64,000 nucleotides of DNA. It comes from Thermoflexus hugenholtzii JAD2. Lineage in GTDB: Bacteria; Chloroflexota; Dehalococcoidia; UBA2979. The DNA lies in the NCBI GenBank assembly GCA_945903275.1, contig CAMDNW010000009.1, positions 3,036 through 67,035 of the forward strand, given 5' to 3'. Every line of letters begins with the position of its first letter. The first letter of the stretch is position 1. The translations under genes were made by a program, and so were the position numbers. The notes under the pieces are model-generated. The model was not told the DNA's origin and ran no database searches. It saw only the letters and a list, made by a program, of their open reading frames with translations. This document shows, piece after piece, positions 9,739 through 18,563 of this stretch.

Positions 9739-11667
9739 CTACCCGTACAGGTACAGTTCTTCCTTCTTTAGTCGATCCCCAAACGCGTTCAGCAGCACAT
9801 CGAACTCGCCGATATCGTTCTCGCACACGAAGGTGATCGCCTTGCCTTCACGGCCTGCACGGCCCGTACGTCCGATGCGGTGCACATACTCCTCGGCGTT
9901 CATCGGCACGTCAAAGTTCACCACGTGTGTGATCTCCGGAATGTCGAGGCCGCGCGCCGCCACGTTCGTCGCAATCAGCACATCGAGGTTACCCTCACGG
10001 AACGCCTGCACCACCTGGTCGCGCCGCCGCTGCTCCATGTCGCCATGCAGCGCGCCCACGCGCACTCCGTCCCGCGATAGTCGATCCGCCACAAAGTCGA
10101 CGCCGCGCCGCGTGCGCGAGAACACCAGCGTCCGGCCCTTCAACTCGCGCTCGATCAATTCGCGTAGCCCGCGCACCTTGTCGCGCTGCGCGACTTCAAA
10201 GTAGATCTGCTCGATCGCGTCGACCGTCGTCCCCTGTGGGGCAATCGAGATCGTCTCGGGTGATTCCATGTAGCGGTAGACCAGCCGCTGAATCGCGTGC
10301 GGCATCGTCGCGCTAAACAGCGCCGTCTGCCGCCGCCGGGGCGTCCGGCTGAGGATGCGCGTGATGTCCGGCAGGAACCCGATGTCCAGCATCTGATCCG
10401 CCTCGTCCAGCACGGCGTAGCGCACGGATTCCAGCGTCAGCGTCCCTCGGTTCAGGTGGTCGATGATCCGTCCCGGTGTCCCCACCACCACATGCGGCTT
10501 GCGCTCCAGCGCACGGAAATCGCGGTCGAGCGACCGCCCCCCGAGCAGCCCCACGGTGTCGAGGCCGCTCGCTGCGCCCAGATCCTGCAACACGTCCAGC
10601 ACCTGCTGCGCCAGTTCGCGCGTCGGCACCAGCACGATCGCCTGTACCACCCGCCGCGAGGCGTCCAGCCGCTCGATCATCGGCAGCCCGAACGCGAGTG
10701 TCTTGCCCGTCCCCGTCTGTGCGATGCCAACCACGTCGCGCCCCGCCAGCAGCACGGGGATCGCCAGATGCTGGATCGGCGTTGGGTGGGCGAAGCCAAG
10801 CCGCGCCACCGCCTGCATCGGCGCGTCACCGAGGCCGAGCGCGAGGAACGCCTCCGGCAACTCCGTGAGCGGCGTCGCCGCAACCCGGGTCACCGGCGCA
10901 CGTCTCATCGGCGGTGCTTCCAGTTCAGCGACCTCGTCCTCGTCGGCGAAGTCGTCCTCGGTCGCGTACTCAGCGGCGTCGCCAGCTAACTCGTCGGCGT
11001 CATCCACATCATCGTCGTCCACATAGTCATCGAGGTCTGCGGGAGCTTCCGCGTCCTCCGCACCGTCACGGTCGCCGGTGGTCTGCTCCGCGTCCCCCGG
11101 CCGACGTCGGCCGCGTCCGCCTCGGCGGCCCCGGCGGCGTTTCTTGGCCGGCTCGGTGCCATCGCCACCATCGCCGGTCTCAGCGTGCTCACCAGCCTCC
11201 AGCGCTTCCCCGCTCCCCGGCGCCAGTGGTTCCACGGCGCCATCACGTGCGACGTATTGATTGGTGGTGAGGTAGAGCACGCGCCCGCCGGGCCGCTGCG
11301 ACCCTGGCGCAGGCCGCCGCCGCACCGGGACAATCGAGGCATCCCCGCCCTCCGCAGCCGGCCGGAATGCAATGTCCTCCGGCAGTGGCGCATCCAGGCT
11401 GTCGCGCGCGGGTCGTGACCAGCGGCTCGGCCGGCCTCGCGGCTCATTGCGGTCATTCCGGTCGTCACGGCGGGCTGGCCCCGCGTCGGGGCTGGCAGAA
11501 CCGCTGCCGCCACGCCCCCTGCCGCCTCGGCGGCCACGGCGGCGCTCGCCGTCACGGTCGTCGGATCTGCCGGGGACCGCGTCAATGACTGCGTCGGACA
11601 GGATGCGTGTACGTGGTTCGGTGGGCGCGCCGGTCAGCGCGCTCACGATCTTGGAGAACAGGCTCAC
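9739..11667 (-). CDS. DEAD-box ATP-dependent RNA helicase with a ~270-aa N-terminal RG/acidic low-complexity extension
   Basis: Q-motif region FAHPTPIQ, Walker A AQTGTGKT, DEAD box as VLDEADQM, SAT, and HRIGRTGRAG motif VI. Confidence 0.85.
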   Translation of the reverse strand: MSLFSKIVSALTGAPTEPRTRILSDAVIDAVPGRSDDRDGERRRGRRGGRGRGGSGSASPDAGPARRDDRNDRNEPRGRPSRWSRPARDSLDAPLPEDIAFRPAAEGGDASIVPVRRRPAPGSQRPGGRVLYLTTNQYVARDGAVEPLAPGSGEALEAGEHAETGDGGDGTEPAKKRRRGRRGGRGRRRPGDAEQTTGDRDGAEDAEAPADLDDYVDDDDVDDADELAGDAAEYATEDDFADEDEVAELEAPPMRRAPVTRVAATPLTELPEAFLALGLGDAPMQAVARLGFAHPTPIQHLAIPVLLAGRDVVGIAQTGTGKTLAFGLPMIERLDASRRVVQAIVLVPTRELAQQVLDVLQDLGAASGLDTVGLLGGRSLDRDFRALERKPHVVVGTPGRIIDHLNRGTLTLESVRYAVLDEADQMLDIGFLPDITRILSRTPRRRQTALFSATMPHAIQRLVYRYMESPETISIAPQGTTVDAIEQIYFEVAQRDKVRGLRELIERELKGRTLVFSRTRRGVDFVADRLSRDGVRVGALHGDMEQRRRDQVVQAFREGNLDVLIATNVAARGLDIPEITHVVNFDVPMNAEEYVHRIGRTGRAGREGKAITFVCENDIGEFDVLLNAFGDRLKKEELYLYG

Positions 11668-11907
11668 AGGGTTCCTTCGGTGGGTCGGCCGGGTACTGAA
11701 GTGTCAGTCGCGGGCCGGATGGTGCGCGGAGGCAAGGCAAAGTGCGCCGAGTGTCGTGCAGGCCGGGAATGGCGGTTCGCAGGGACGGCGCCGCGCCTCG
11801 CTGGCGCGGAGAGGAGTGTCATTGGAGTCATTGTAGCCGCCGCCACCCGGTTTATGCGAGGGGTGCCCGGCATCCGCCCGCCAGCCTCGCAATCTCGGCA
11901 ATCCCTA

Positions 11908-11934
11908 TTAGCAGTCTCTCCGGATGAGTGCTAA
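11908..11934 (+). promoter_or_regulatory. CIRCE (HrcA operator) inverted repeat upstream of groEL
   Basis: TTAGCAGTC-N9-GAGTGCTAA against the consensus TTAGCACTC-N9-GAGTGCTAA. It lies about 150 bp upstream of the groEL start. Confidence 0.7.
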
Positions 11935-12083
11935 CATCCGGCCGATGCGAGGTGGGGCGCATATAGCTCCCCGCGTCCGGCCGGTTTCGGCCACCGACAC
12001 ACGAGATCGTTCATTCACGGCCGCCGTGTACGCAGCGGAGACATGCTTCGCCGCCTGCTGAGCCAGATGAGAGGGAGACGCCC

Positions 12084-13709
12084 ATGCCATCCAAGGAAGT
12101 GAAGTTCGACGACAATGCCCGTCGCGGCCTGCTCGAAGGCATCGACATTCTCGCGAACGCTGTGAAGATCACGCTCGGCCCCCGCGGCCGCAACGTGATA
12201 CTCGACCGCAACTGGTCGCCCGTCGTCGTCACCAAGGACGGCGTCACCGTCGCCAAAGAGATCGACCTGCAAGACCGCTTCCAGAACATGGGCGCGCAGA
12301 TCGTGAAGCAGGCCGCCAGCCGCACCAATGACATCGCCGGCGACGGCACCACCACCTCCACCGTGCTCGTGCAGGCAATCCTCCACGAAGGCATCCGCAA
12401 CATCGCCGCTGGCGCCAACCCGATGGCGATCCGCATCGGTATCGAGAAGGCCGGGAGCGCCGTCACCGCCGCCCTCCGCAAACTCGCATCCCCCGTCGAA
12501 GGCCACAAGACCATCGCCGCCGTCGCCTCTATCGCCGCCAACGACCCCGAGATCGGCAAACTGATCGCCGATGTCATGGATCGCGTCGGCCGCGACGGCG
12601 TCATCACCGCCGAGGAAGGCCGCTCCCTCGTCTTCGAGACCGACATCACCGACGGCTTCAAGTTCAACGGCGGCTACCAGTCGCCACAGTTCGTGAACAA
12701 CGTCGAACGCCTCGAGGCCGTCATCGACAACGCCTACATCCTCATCACCGATGCGAAGATCGAGCGCGCCCAGGAACTCATCCCTGTCATCGAGGCCGTC
12801 CGCACCACCAGTAAGAACATCGTCATCATCGCCGACGACATCACCAGCGATGCGATGGCGCTGCTCACCGTCAACAAGATGCGCGGCATCATCAACCCGC
12901 TGCCCGTCAACGCCCCCGCCTTCGGTGACCGGCGCACGCAACTACTGGAAGACATCGCCATCGTCACCGGTGGCACCTTCATTACCGAGACGATGGATCT
13001 CCACCTCGCTAATGTGAAACTCTCGGACTTCGGCCGCGCCCGCCGCGTCATCTCCGACAAGGAGAACACCGCCATCGTCGAGGGTGCCGGCACCGACACC
13101 GCCGTCCAGGATCGCATCCGCCAAATTCGCGCCCAAGTCGAAGAACTCGCCTCCGACTACGAGCGCGAACGCTTCCAAGAGCGACTCGCCCGCCTCTCCG
13201 GCGGTGTCGCGGTGATTAAGGTCGGCGGCGCGACCGAGACCGAGGTGAAAGAAAAGATGTTCCGCGTCGAGGACGCGCTCTCCGCCACCCGCTCGGCCAT
13301 CGAGGAAGGCGTCGTCCCCGGCGGCGGCGTCGCCTACGTCCGCTCCCAGTCGTCCATCGACGACCTCATCGCCACTATGACCAATGCCGACGAGATCATC
13401 GGTGCGCGCATCCTGCGGCTGGCGCTCGAATCACCCCTCCGCCAGATCGTCGTAAATGGTGGCCGCGAACCCGCCACCATCGTCGCCGACGTCCGCAACG
13501 CGAAGGGTAACATCGGCTACGACGCGCTCGCCGAGCAGTTCGGCGACATGTTCGAACTCGGCATCGTCGACCCGGTGAAAGTCACTCGTGTCGCCTTGGA
13601 AAACGCCGTCTCCGTAGCGGCGCTGCTCCTCACCACCCAGAGCGCCGTCGCCGACCTGCCGCCCGACATCAAGGACATGGTCACGCCCGCCGTCGGCATG
13701 AACCTCTAG
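12084..13709 (+). CDS. groEL: Chaperonin GroEL (60 kDa), stand-alone with no groES
   Basis: 541 aa, MPSKEVKFDDNARRGLLEGIDILANAVKITLGPRGRNV..., a full-length Cpn60 that ends without a GGM tail. Confidence 0.95.
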   Translation: MPSKEVKFDDNARRGLLEGIDILANAVKITLGPRGRNVILDRNWSPVVVTKDGVTVAKEIDLQDRFQNMGAQIVKQAASRTNDIAGDGTTTSTVLVQAILHEGIRNIAAGANPMAIRIGIEKAGSAVTAALRKLASPVEGHKTIAAVASIAANDPEIGKLIADVMDRVGRDGVITAEEGRSLVFETDITDGFKFNGGYQSPQFVNNVERLEAVIDNAYILITDAKIERAQELIPVIEAVRTTSKNIVIIADDITSDAMALLTVNKMRGIINPLPVNAPAFGDRRTQLLEDIAIVTGGTFITETMDLHLANVKLSDFGRARRVISDKENTAIVEGAGTDTAVQDRIRQIRAQVEELASDYERERFQERLARLSGGVAVIKVGGATETEVKEKMFRVEDALSATRSAIEEGVVPGGGVAYVRSQSSIDDLIATMTNADEIIGARILRLALESPLRQIVVNGGREPATIVADVRNAKGNIGYDALAEQFGDMFELGIVDPVKVTRVALENAVSVAALLLTTQSAVADLPPDIKDMVTPAVGMNL

Positions 13710-13727
13710 TCACCAGCACCAACGCAC

Positions 13728-13756
13728 GAGGCCGCCGGATGCTCTCCGGCGGCCTC
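13728..13756. terminator. Perfect 11-bp stem hairpin between the convergent groEL and purU genes (possible bidirectional terminator)
   Basis: GAGGCCGCCGG-atgctct-CCGGCGGCCTC, placed directly after the groEL stop. There is no T-tract, which is common in high-GC genomes. Confidence 0.5.
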
Positions 13757-13783
13757 GTCATATCCCGCCCCACGCGAACACTC

Positions 13784-14701
13784 CTACCGGAACACCACTG
13801 TTTTCCGGCCGTCCACCAGCACTCGATCCTCAATGTGCCACCGCACCGCCCGCGCTAACACCGACCGCTCCACCTCGCGCCCCAACGCCACCAAGCTCGC
13901 GCGCGTATCGCGATGTGACACGCGCACCACGTCCTGCTCGATGATCGGCCCCTCGTCCAGTTCCTCGGTCGCATAGTGCGCCGTCGCCCCAATGATTTTC
14001 ACGCCCCGCTCAAACGCCTGCCCGTACGGATCGGCTCCAGCGAACGCCGGCAGGAACGAGTGGTGAATGTTGATCACCGCGTGCGGGAACTCCGCTATGA
14101 ATCCCGGCGACAGGATCTGCATATACCGCGCCATCACCACAAAGTCCGCCTGCCCGCGCAGCAGCCCCAGCATCTCGCGCTCTTGCGCTGCCTTCGTCTC
14201 CGCGCGCACCGGCAGATACCGGAACGGCAGCCCGAACCCCTCGACATCCCTGCGCAACTGCTCGTGGTTCGAGATCACCACCGGGATGTCGACGCCCAAC
14301 TCGCCGTTCCGCCACCGCCACAACAACTCCAGCAGGCAATGATCGGCCGTGGACACGAGCATCGCCATCCGCCGCCGTTGCGCGCTGTACGAGACGTGCC
14401 ACTCCATCTGAAACCGCGGCGCAACCTCCACCCCGAAGCGCCCCGCCACCTCGTCCGCCGGCGCGTCTAGCCCCGCGACGTCATACTCCATCCGCAGGAA
14501 GAACCGCCCGCGCCCACCGCCCGACGAGTACTGATCCGCCTGCACGATGTTCGCCCCGTGCTGATACAGAAACGTCGAGACCGCAGACACCACCCCCGGC
14601 TGGTCCGGACACTGCACCAGCAACCGTGCCGTCCCCGTCGTCGATGTGCCGTGTGTATTCGTCATGCGCGTGATCATATGTGAGGCCTCGGTCGGGCGCA
14701 C
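13784..14701 (-). CDS. purU: Formyltetrahydrofolate deformylase
   Basis: An N-terminal ACT domain (ARLLVQCPDQPGVV) followed by the formyl-transferase domain (HNHEQL... SHRD). The true start is probably the internal Met at MTNTHG. Confidence 0.85.
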   Translation of the reverse strand: MRPTEASHMITRMTNTHGTSTTGTARLLVQCPDQPGVVSAVSTFLYQHGANIVQADQYSSGGGRGRFFLRMEYDVAGLDAPADEVAGRFGVEVAPRFQMEWHVSYSAQRRRMAMLVSTADHCLLELLWRWRNGELGVDIPVVISNHEQLRRDVEGFGLPFRYLPVRAETKAAQEREMLGLLRGQADFVVMARYMQILSPGFIAEFPHAVINIHHSFLPAFAGADPYGQAFERGVKIIGATAHYATEELDEGPIIEQDVVRVSHRDTRASLVALGREVERSVLARAVRWHIEDRVLVDGRKTVVFR

Positions 14702-14783
14702 CGCCTCCTGAAATGATCACGCGATTCTGCTTCCCTGTACCCTCAGATCAACACGAGCCAGCGTCACGTCAGTCATCGAGGGA

Positions 14784-15076
14784 ATGGCCATGCCAAGTAA
14801 GACCATGACGTACATCGAATCCGACCTCGTGCACCACCCCGGTGAATTCCTTGCCGAGGAAATCGAGGCGCGGACCTATCGCAAAAGGCGCTTGCTGAAC
14901 TCATGGGCCGCCCTGTGCAGGTGATCAACGGAATCTGCCGTGGCAAAAACGCGACCACAACAGAAACCACCCTCGATCTGGAACGAGCACTCGGCATGTC
15001 GGCGCGGTTCGGGCTCAATCTTCAGGTCGATTACGACCTCACGCTCGCCCGCCTTGCCCGGAGCATCGCTGCCTGA
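14784..15076 (+). pseudogene. HigA-like XRE-family HTH antitoxin/regulator, frameshifted
   Basis: MAMPSKTMTYIESDLVHHPGEFLAEEIEAR, then a -1 shift, then LSQKALAELMGRPVQVINGICRGKNATTTETTLDLERALGMSARFGLNLQVDYDL (HigA HTH). No HigB gene is adjacent. Confidence 0.55.
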
Positions 15077-15287
15077 CCGCCCCCACCGCCAACCTCTGTA
15101 CCGCCTGCCGCTGGGCCGACGCCATCCAGAGCGCCCGAGGCTCCCGCTTCCTCCGCTGCGGCCGCTCCGACCTCGATCCCGCCTTCCCCCGCTACCCCCG
15201 GCTCCCCGTCCGCACCTGCTCTGGTTTCGAGCCTCGCGAGGCCACCGCCCCAAGCGACGACCCGCCGCGTTCTGCGATACTTGATCC

Positions 15288-15746
15288 GTGACCACCACCC
15301 CACAGCAGCCGCAGCAACCGCCCGCGCCTGTCGAGGCCGCCCCACTCATCGAGCGCATCGGTGGCCGCGCGGTCATCGAGACCGTCGTCGACGACTTCTA
15401 CGCACGTGTGGAGGCCGACGCCGAACTGCGCGCAATCTTCCCCGCAGACATAGGATCGGGACGCGAGAAGCAGAAGTTTTTCATGGAGCAGTGGCTCGGC
15501 GGCGAGCCGCGCTACTCGGAGCGCTTCGGCCACCCCCGCCTCCGCCGCCGCCACTTCCCCTTCCGCATCGATGAGCGCGCCGCCGGACGCTGGCTTCATC
15601 ACATGACCTCGGCTTTTCGCGCCGCGAACATCGGCGAGCGAGAACTACAGGAGATCGTCGCGGGCCTCGGTCCGCTCGCCCACCACATGGTGAACGCCGG
15701 CGAAGATGTCCCCCGCGAGCCGCTCGGCGACGCGCGCCTGACCTAA
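15288..15746 (+). CDS. Group II truncated haemoglobin (trHbO/GlbO-like)
   Basis: ...FYARVEADAELRAIFP... FFMEQWLGGEPRYSERFGHPRLRRRHFPFRI matches 2/2 haemoglobin signatures. Confidence 0.8.
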   Translation: MTTTPQQPQQPPAPVEAAPLIERIGGRAVIETVVDDFYARVEADAELRAIFPADIGSGREKQKFFMEQWLGGEPRYSERFGHPRLRRRHFPFRIDERAAGRWLHHMTSAFRAANIGERELQEIVAGLGPLAHHMVNAGEDVPREPLGDARLT

Positions 15747-15757
15747 CGAGGCACACG

Positions 15758-16165
15758 ATGCGTTTCGCGCACACGGCCTACGAGGATCATCAGGGCATCG
15801 AGTTACGCTTTTTCGGCCTCCAAGCCAACGGCATCCAGATCGCCGATGTGGTCCGCCGGAGCATCGAGGCGCTTCCCGACGGGGCACGCATCGGCACGGA
15901 GCGACTCGACAGTGGCTTCCGCACCATGGAGGTCGTCGATGCCACCGGGGCCTTCCTCGCAGAAGCGCGCACCACGCAAGGCGAAATCGCCCTCTCCAAC
16001 CGCCGCCCCGAAGGAACATTCTCCACCGAGACGCGCACCACACTCCTCTACCTTGCGGAACTCACAATGCGTCGCCTCACCGAACGCCTGCACATGACCG
16101 AGTTCGAGTTTGGCCGCGACCTCGCCCTGCTCTTCGACATCGAGAGCAGCCATCGCATCGGCTAG
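15758..16165 (+). CDS. Hypothetical protein, likely co-transcribed with the truncated haemoglobin
   Basis: 135-aa ORF beginning 11 bp after the trHb stop on the same strand. I do not recognise the family. Confidence 0.5.
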   Translation: MRFAHTAYEDHQGIELRFFGLQANGIQIADVVRRSIEALPDGARIGTERLDSGFRTMEVVDATGAFLAEARTTQGEIALSNRRPEGTFSTETRTTLLYLAELTMRRLTERLHMTEFEFGRDLALLFDIESSHRIG

Positions 16166-16902
16166 TGGGCTGCGCCCGCCTTCACCGCCACGTGCAGCGC
16201 CACCGTGCTGAACATCAGCCGCCGCACATCCCGCACCTCGAACCCCGCCGCCGTGAGTTTCGAGGCCAACTCCGCCGGTTCGAGGAAGTGATCAACCGAC
16301 ACCGGTAGATACCGGTACGCGCTCTCATGCCCGGACACGACCCGCCCCACCAGCGGCACCATGCGCTGAAAGTACGCCCGCGCAAACGGCCGTAGCGGCC
16401 CCGCTTCCATCTTCGGGATCTCGAGGATGCCCAGCCGCCCGCCCGGACGCAGCACCCGGTGCGCCTCCGCCAGCGCGGCATCAAGGTCGGGAATGTTCCG
16501 CACCATGAACGCCGAGCACCACACATCTACGCTCGCGTCCGCCAGCGGCAGTCGCGTCGCATCCCCCGCCGCGAACGAGAACACCCGCCGCGCGTGCCTG
16601 CCTGCCTTGCGGTACGCATGCGTCAGCATCGGTCGCGCGAAGTCCACACCCAGCACCCGCGCCGCGCCCGCCCGCAGGCACGCGATCGCGAGGTCGCCGG
16701 TGCCGCAGCCGACATCCACCACACGGTCGCCCGGCCGTACCAGCGCGCGCGCCGTCAACCGCCGCCACGCGTGATGCCGACCACCCGTCATGATCGTGTT
16801 CAGCAGGTCGTACCGCGCCGCAATGTCGCCAAACATCCCGCGCACATACGTGGCGCGGTCGGCGTTCGGCTCAAACAACTGCTCAGGCTCGCTCGGCTGC
16901 AT
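16162..16902 (-). CDS. menG: Demethylmenaquinone/ubiquinone methyltransferase
   Basis: MQPSEPEQLFEPNADRATYVRGMFGDIAARYDLLN..., the SAM motif VVDVGCGTGD, and ...RVLRPGGRLGILE. The ORF extends further upstream (to 16983), but the internal Met gives the family-typical start. Confidence 0.85.
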   Translation of the reverse strand: MQPSEPEQLFEPNADRATYVRGMFGDIAARYDLLNTIMTGGRHHAWRRLTARALVRPGDRVVDVGCGTGDLAIACLRAGAARVLGVDFARPMLTHAYRKAGRHARRVFSFAAGDATRLPLADASVDVWCSAFMVRNIPDLDAALAEAHRVLRPGGRLGILEIPKMEAGPLRPFARAYFQRMVPLVGRVVSGHESAYRYLPVSVDHFLEPAELASKLTAAGFEVRDVRRLMFSTVALHVAVKAGAAH

Positions 16903-16940
16903 GACCCGAGGATACGGCCCACGCCGCCAGCGGTCTGCCA

Positions 16941-17521
16941 CTACCTCCGTCGCAGCACGCCAACAGCATCCAGAATCTCGCACAATACCGCTGCCGAGGT
17001 AAACCGCACGTCCTCCATACCCGTTGCGCGCGCCGCATCGGCGTTCGCCGGTGTGTCATCAATGAACAACACTTGCTTCGCTGAGACATCGAGGCGATCC
17101 AGCGCTATCTCGAACGCCTCCGCTGACGGCTTCAGTGCCCCAAGCTGGAACGAGAACAGCAGCGGCGGATTATCCGTGAGCACCGCAACCCGCACACGCG
17201 GCTCGATCGCGTGCACGACCGTAATCGTGTCGTCGTCCACCGTCAGCGCCGAAAGCATCACTGACTCGAACGCATCGAAGTCCAGCGCGACGCCAAGCCG
17301 CTCGTTCACAGTCTGCCGCCATTCGCTCGTGTACCGCCCCAGGTCGAAATCGCGCGTTAGCCCGGACTCCCACACCCGTGCCTGCACCTCGAGCTCCGGC
17401 AACCCGCTTCATCGCACAAGCGTCGCCAGCCGCGGCCCCGGCCCCGGCCCCGGCCCCGGCTCGAACCGGCACACCACGCCACCAAGGTCGAAGAGCACTA
17501 CCGAGACCATCCTGACCATTC
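16941..17521 (-). pseudogene. HAD-family hydrolase with an in-frame TGA and an internal (GGCCCC)n microsatellite
   Basis: MVRMVSVVLFDLGGVVCRFEP (HAD motif I), then GPGPGPGP encoded by the repeat, then RLATLVR, then TGA at 17409..17411, then SGLPELEV...FIDDTPANADAA (motif IV) in the same frame. The stop sits at a likely Trp position. Confidence 0.55.
17434..17460. repeat. (GGCCCC)4.5 hexanucleotide microsatellite inside the HAD pseudogene
   Basis: Direct tandem repeat visible in the sequence. Confidence 0.9.
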
Positions 17522-17547
17522 TGTCTTCGCCTCTCTACTCACGCATC

Positions 17548-17574
17548 GAGCGAGCCGGAACCGATCGCTCGCTA
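17548..17574. promoter_or_regulatory. Imperfect inverted repeat in the nurA/herA promoter region
   Basis: AGCGAGC-N11-GCTCGCT centred about 45 bp upstream of the nurA-like start. Candidate operator, speculative. Confidence 0.25.
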
Positions 17575-17606
17575 TACTTCCCACATCTCTCCCCGAGATA
17601 GACGCC

Positions 17607-18563
17607 ATGCCCCTCCGCCTCCTGCCCTGGGCGCCCGAGTACAGCACCGCCATGCAGTTCGACGCCGACGCCGCTGAGGACGACGCGCCCGCCGACACCA
17701 CCATCGAGGGGCCATGGCAGGCCGTCGCCCTCTCCGGCCCTGCGCCCGAGGCTGTCCAGATCATCGATGGCGTCCGCCGCGCCGAGATGCACGCGATGGA
17801 TGACGCCCCTGATGGCGGCGCGCTCTTCGGGCTGTTCGGCTCGCTCGCCGTCGGCGCGGTGCGCCTCGACCCCGGCAGCGCGCGCATCCTCGATGACTCG
17901 ATCCGCCTCGAACGTCGCTACCTCCAGACCGGCGGCGAGCCGCGCGCGCAGGTCATCCCCTGCGGCGCGGCCACGCTCCACTTCCGCCCCAAAATCCCCG
18001 ATCAGGCCAGCAGCGCCAACGACCTCGTCGCCGCACTCAACCGCGACATGCTCGACGAGGAAGCGCGCCTCGCCGAGACCCTCTCACACGACGAGTCTGT
18101 CCTGACCTTCGTCGACGGCCCGTTGCGCCTCCGCTCACCCGGCCAGCGCGTCGTCGGCTACATCAAGCGCATCCACCGCTGGTATCTCGACGCCGAGCAC
18201 CAGTTGCTGCTGCTCACGCTGAAGCCCGGCGAGCGCACGCCGCTCTTCCGCATCACCGAGGCCGGTCACGAGCGCACCTCGTGGTTCCTGCGTATCGCCG
18301 ACCTCAGCGCGCAGTTCCACCCGCTCGCGGGCCTGATGCGTCTCGAGGTGCCCGGCACCCTACCGATCCCGGACGCCATCCGCCTCGCCGACCAATCCGC
18401 ACGCGTGCTACCGAGGCTCGCCTCGTCTCCCGTGCGCGATCCGCGCTCACCACAAAATCTCATCCCGGTCGGCGCGCTCGAATCCGCGCTCACGCACCGC
18501 CTCGGCGACCGGCGCTGGATCGGGCGGCTCATCACCACTGCCGTAGGACGAGGCACCCTATGA
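17607..18563 (+). CDS. NurA-like 5'-3' nuclease (putative)
   Basis: 318 aa with an IDG motif (VQIIDGVRRAE) like NurA motif I. It is positioned immediately 5' of the HerA-like gene, with a stop/start overlap (ATGA). Confidence 0.5.
   Translation: MPLRLLPWAPEYSTAMQFDADAAEDDAPADTTIEGPWQAVALSGPAPEAVQIIDGVRRAEMHAMDDAPDGGALFGLFGSLAVGAVRLDPGSARILDDSIRLERRYLQTGGEPRAQVIPCGAATLHFRPKIPDQASSANDLVAALNRDMLDEEARLAETLSHDESVLTFVDGPLRLRSPGQRVVGYIKRIHRWYLDAEHQLLLLTLKPGERTPLFRITEAGHERTSWFLRIADLSAQFHPLAGLMRLEVPGTLPIPDAIRLADQSARVLPRLASSPVRDPRSPQNLIPVGALESALTHRLGDRRWIGRLITTAVGRGTL

Noticed and set aside
14784-15076. A HigB/HigA toxin–antitoxin pair
   Set aside because: Only the HigA-like HTH gene is present, and it is frameshifted. 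There is no room for a toxin gene between purU and it, and nothing HigB-like downstream.
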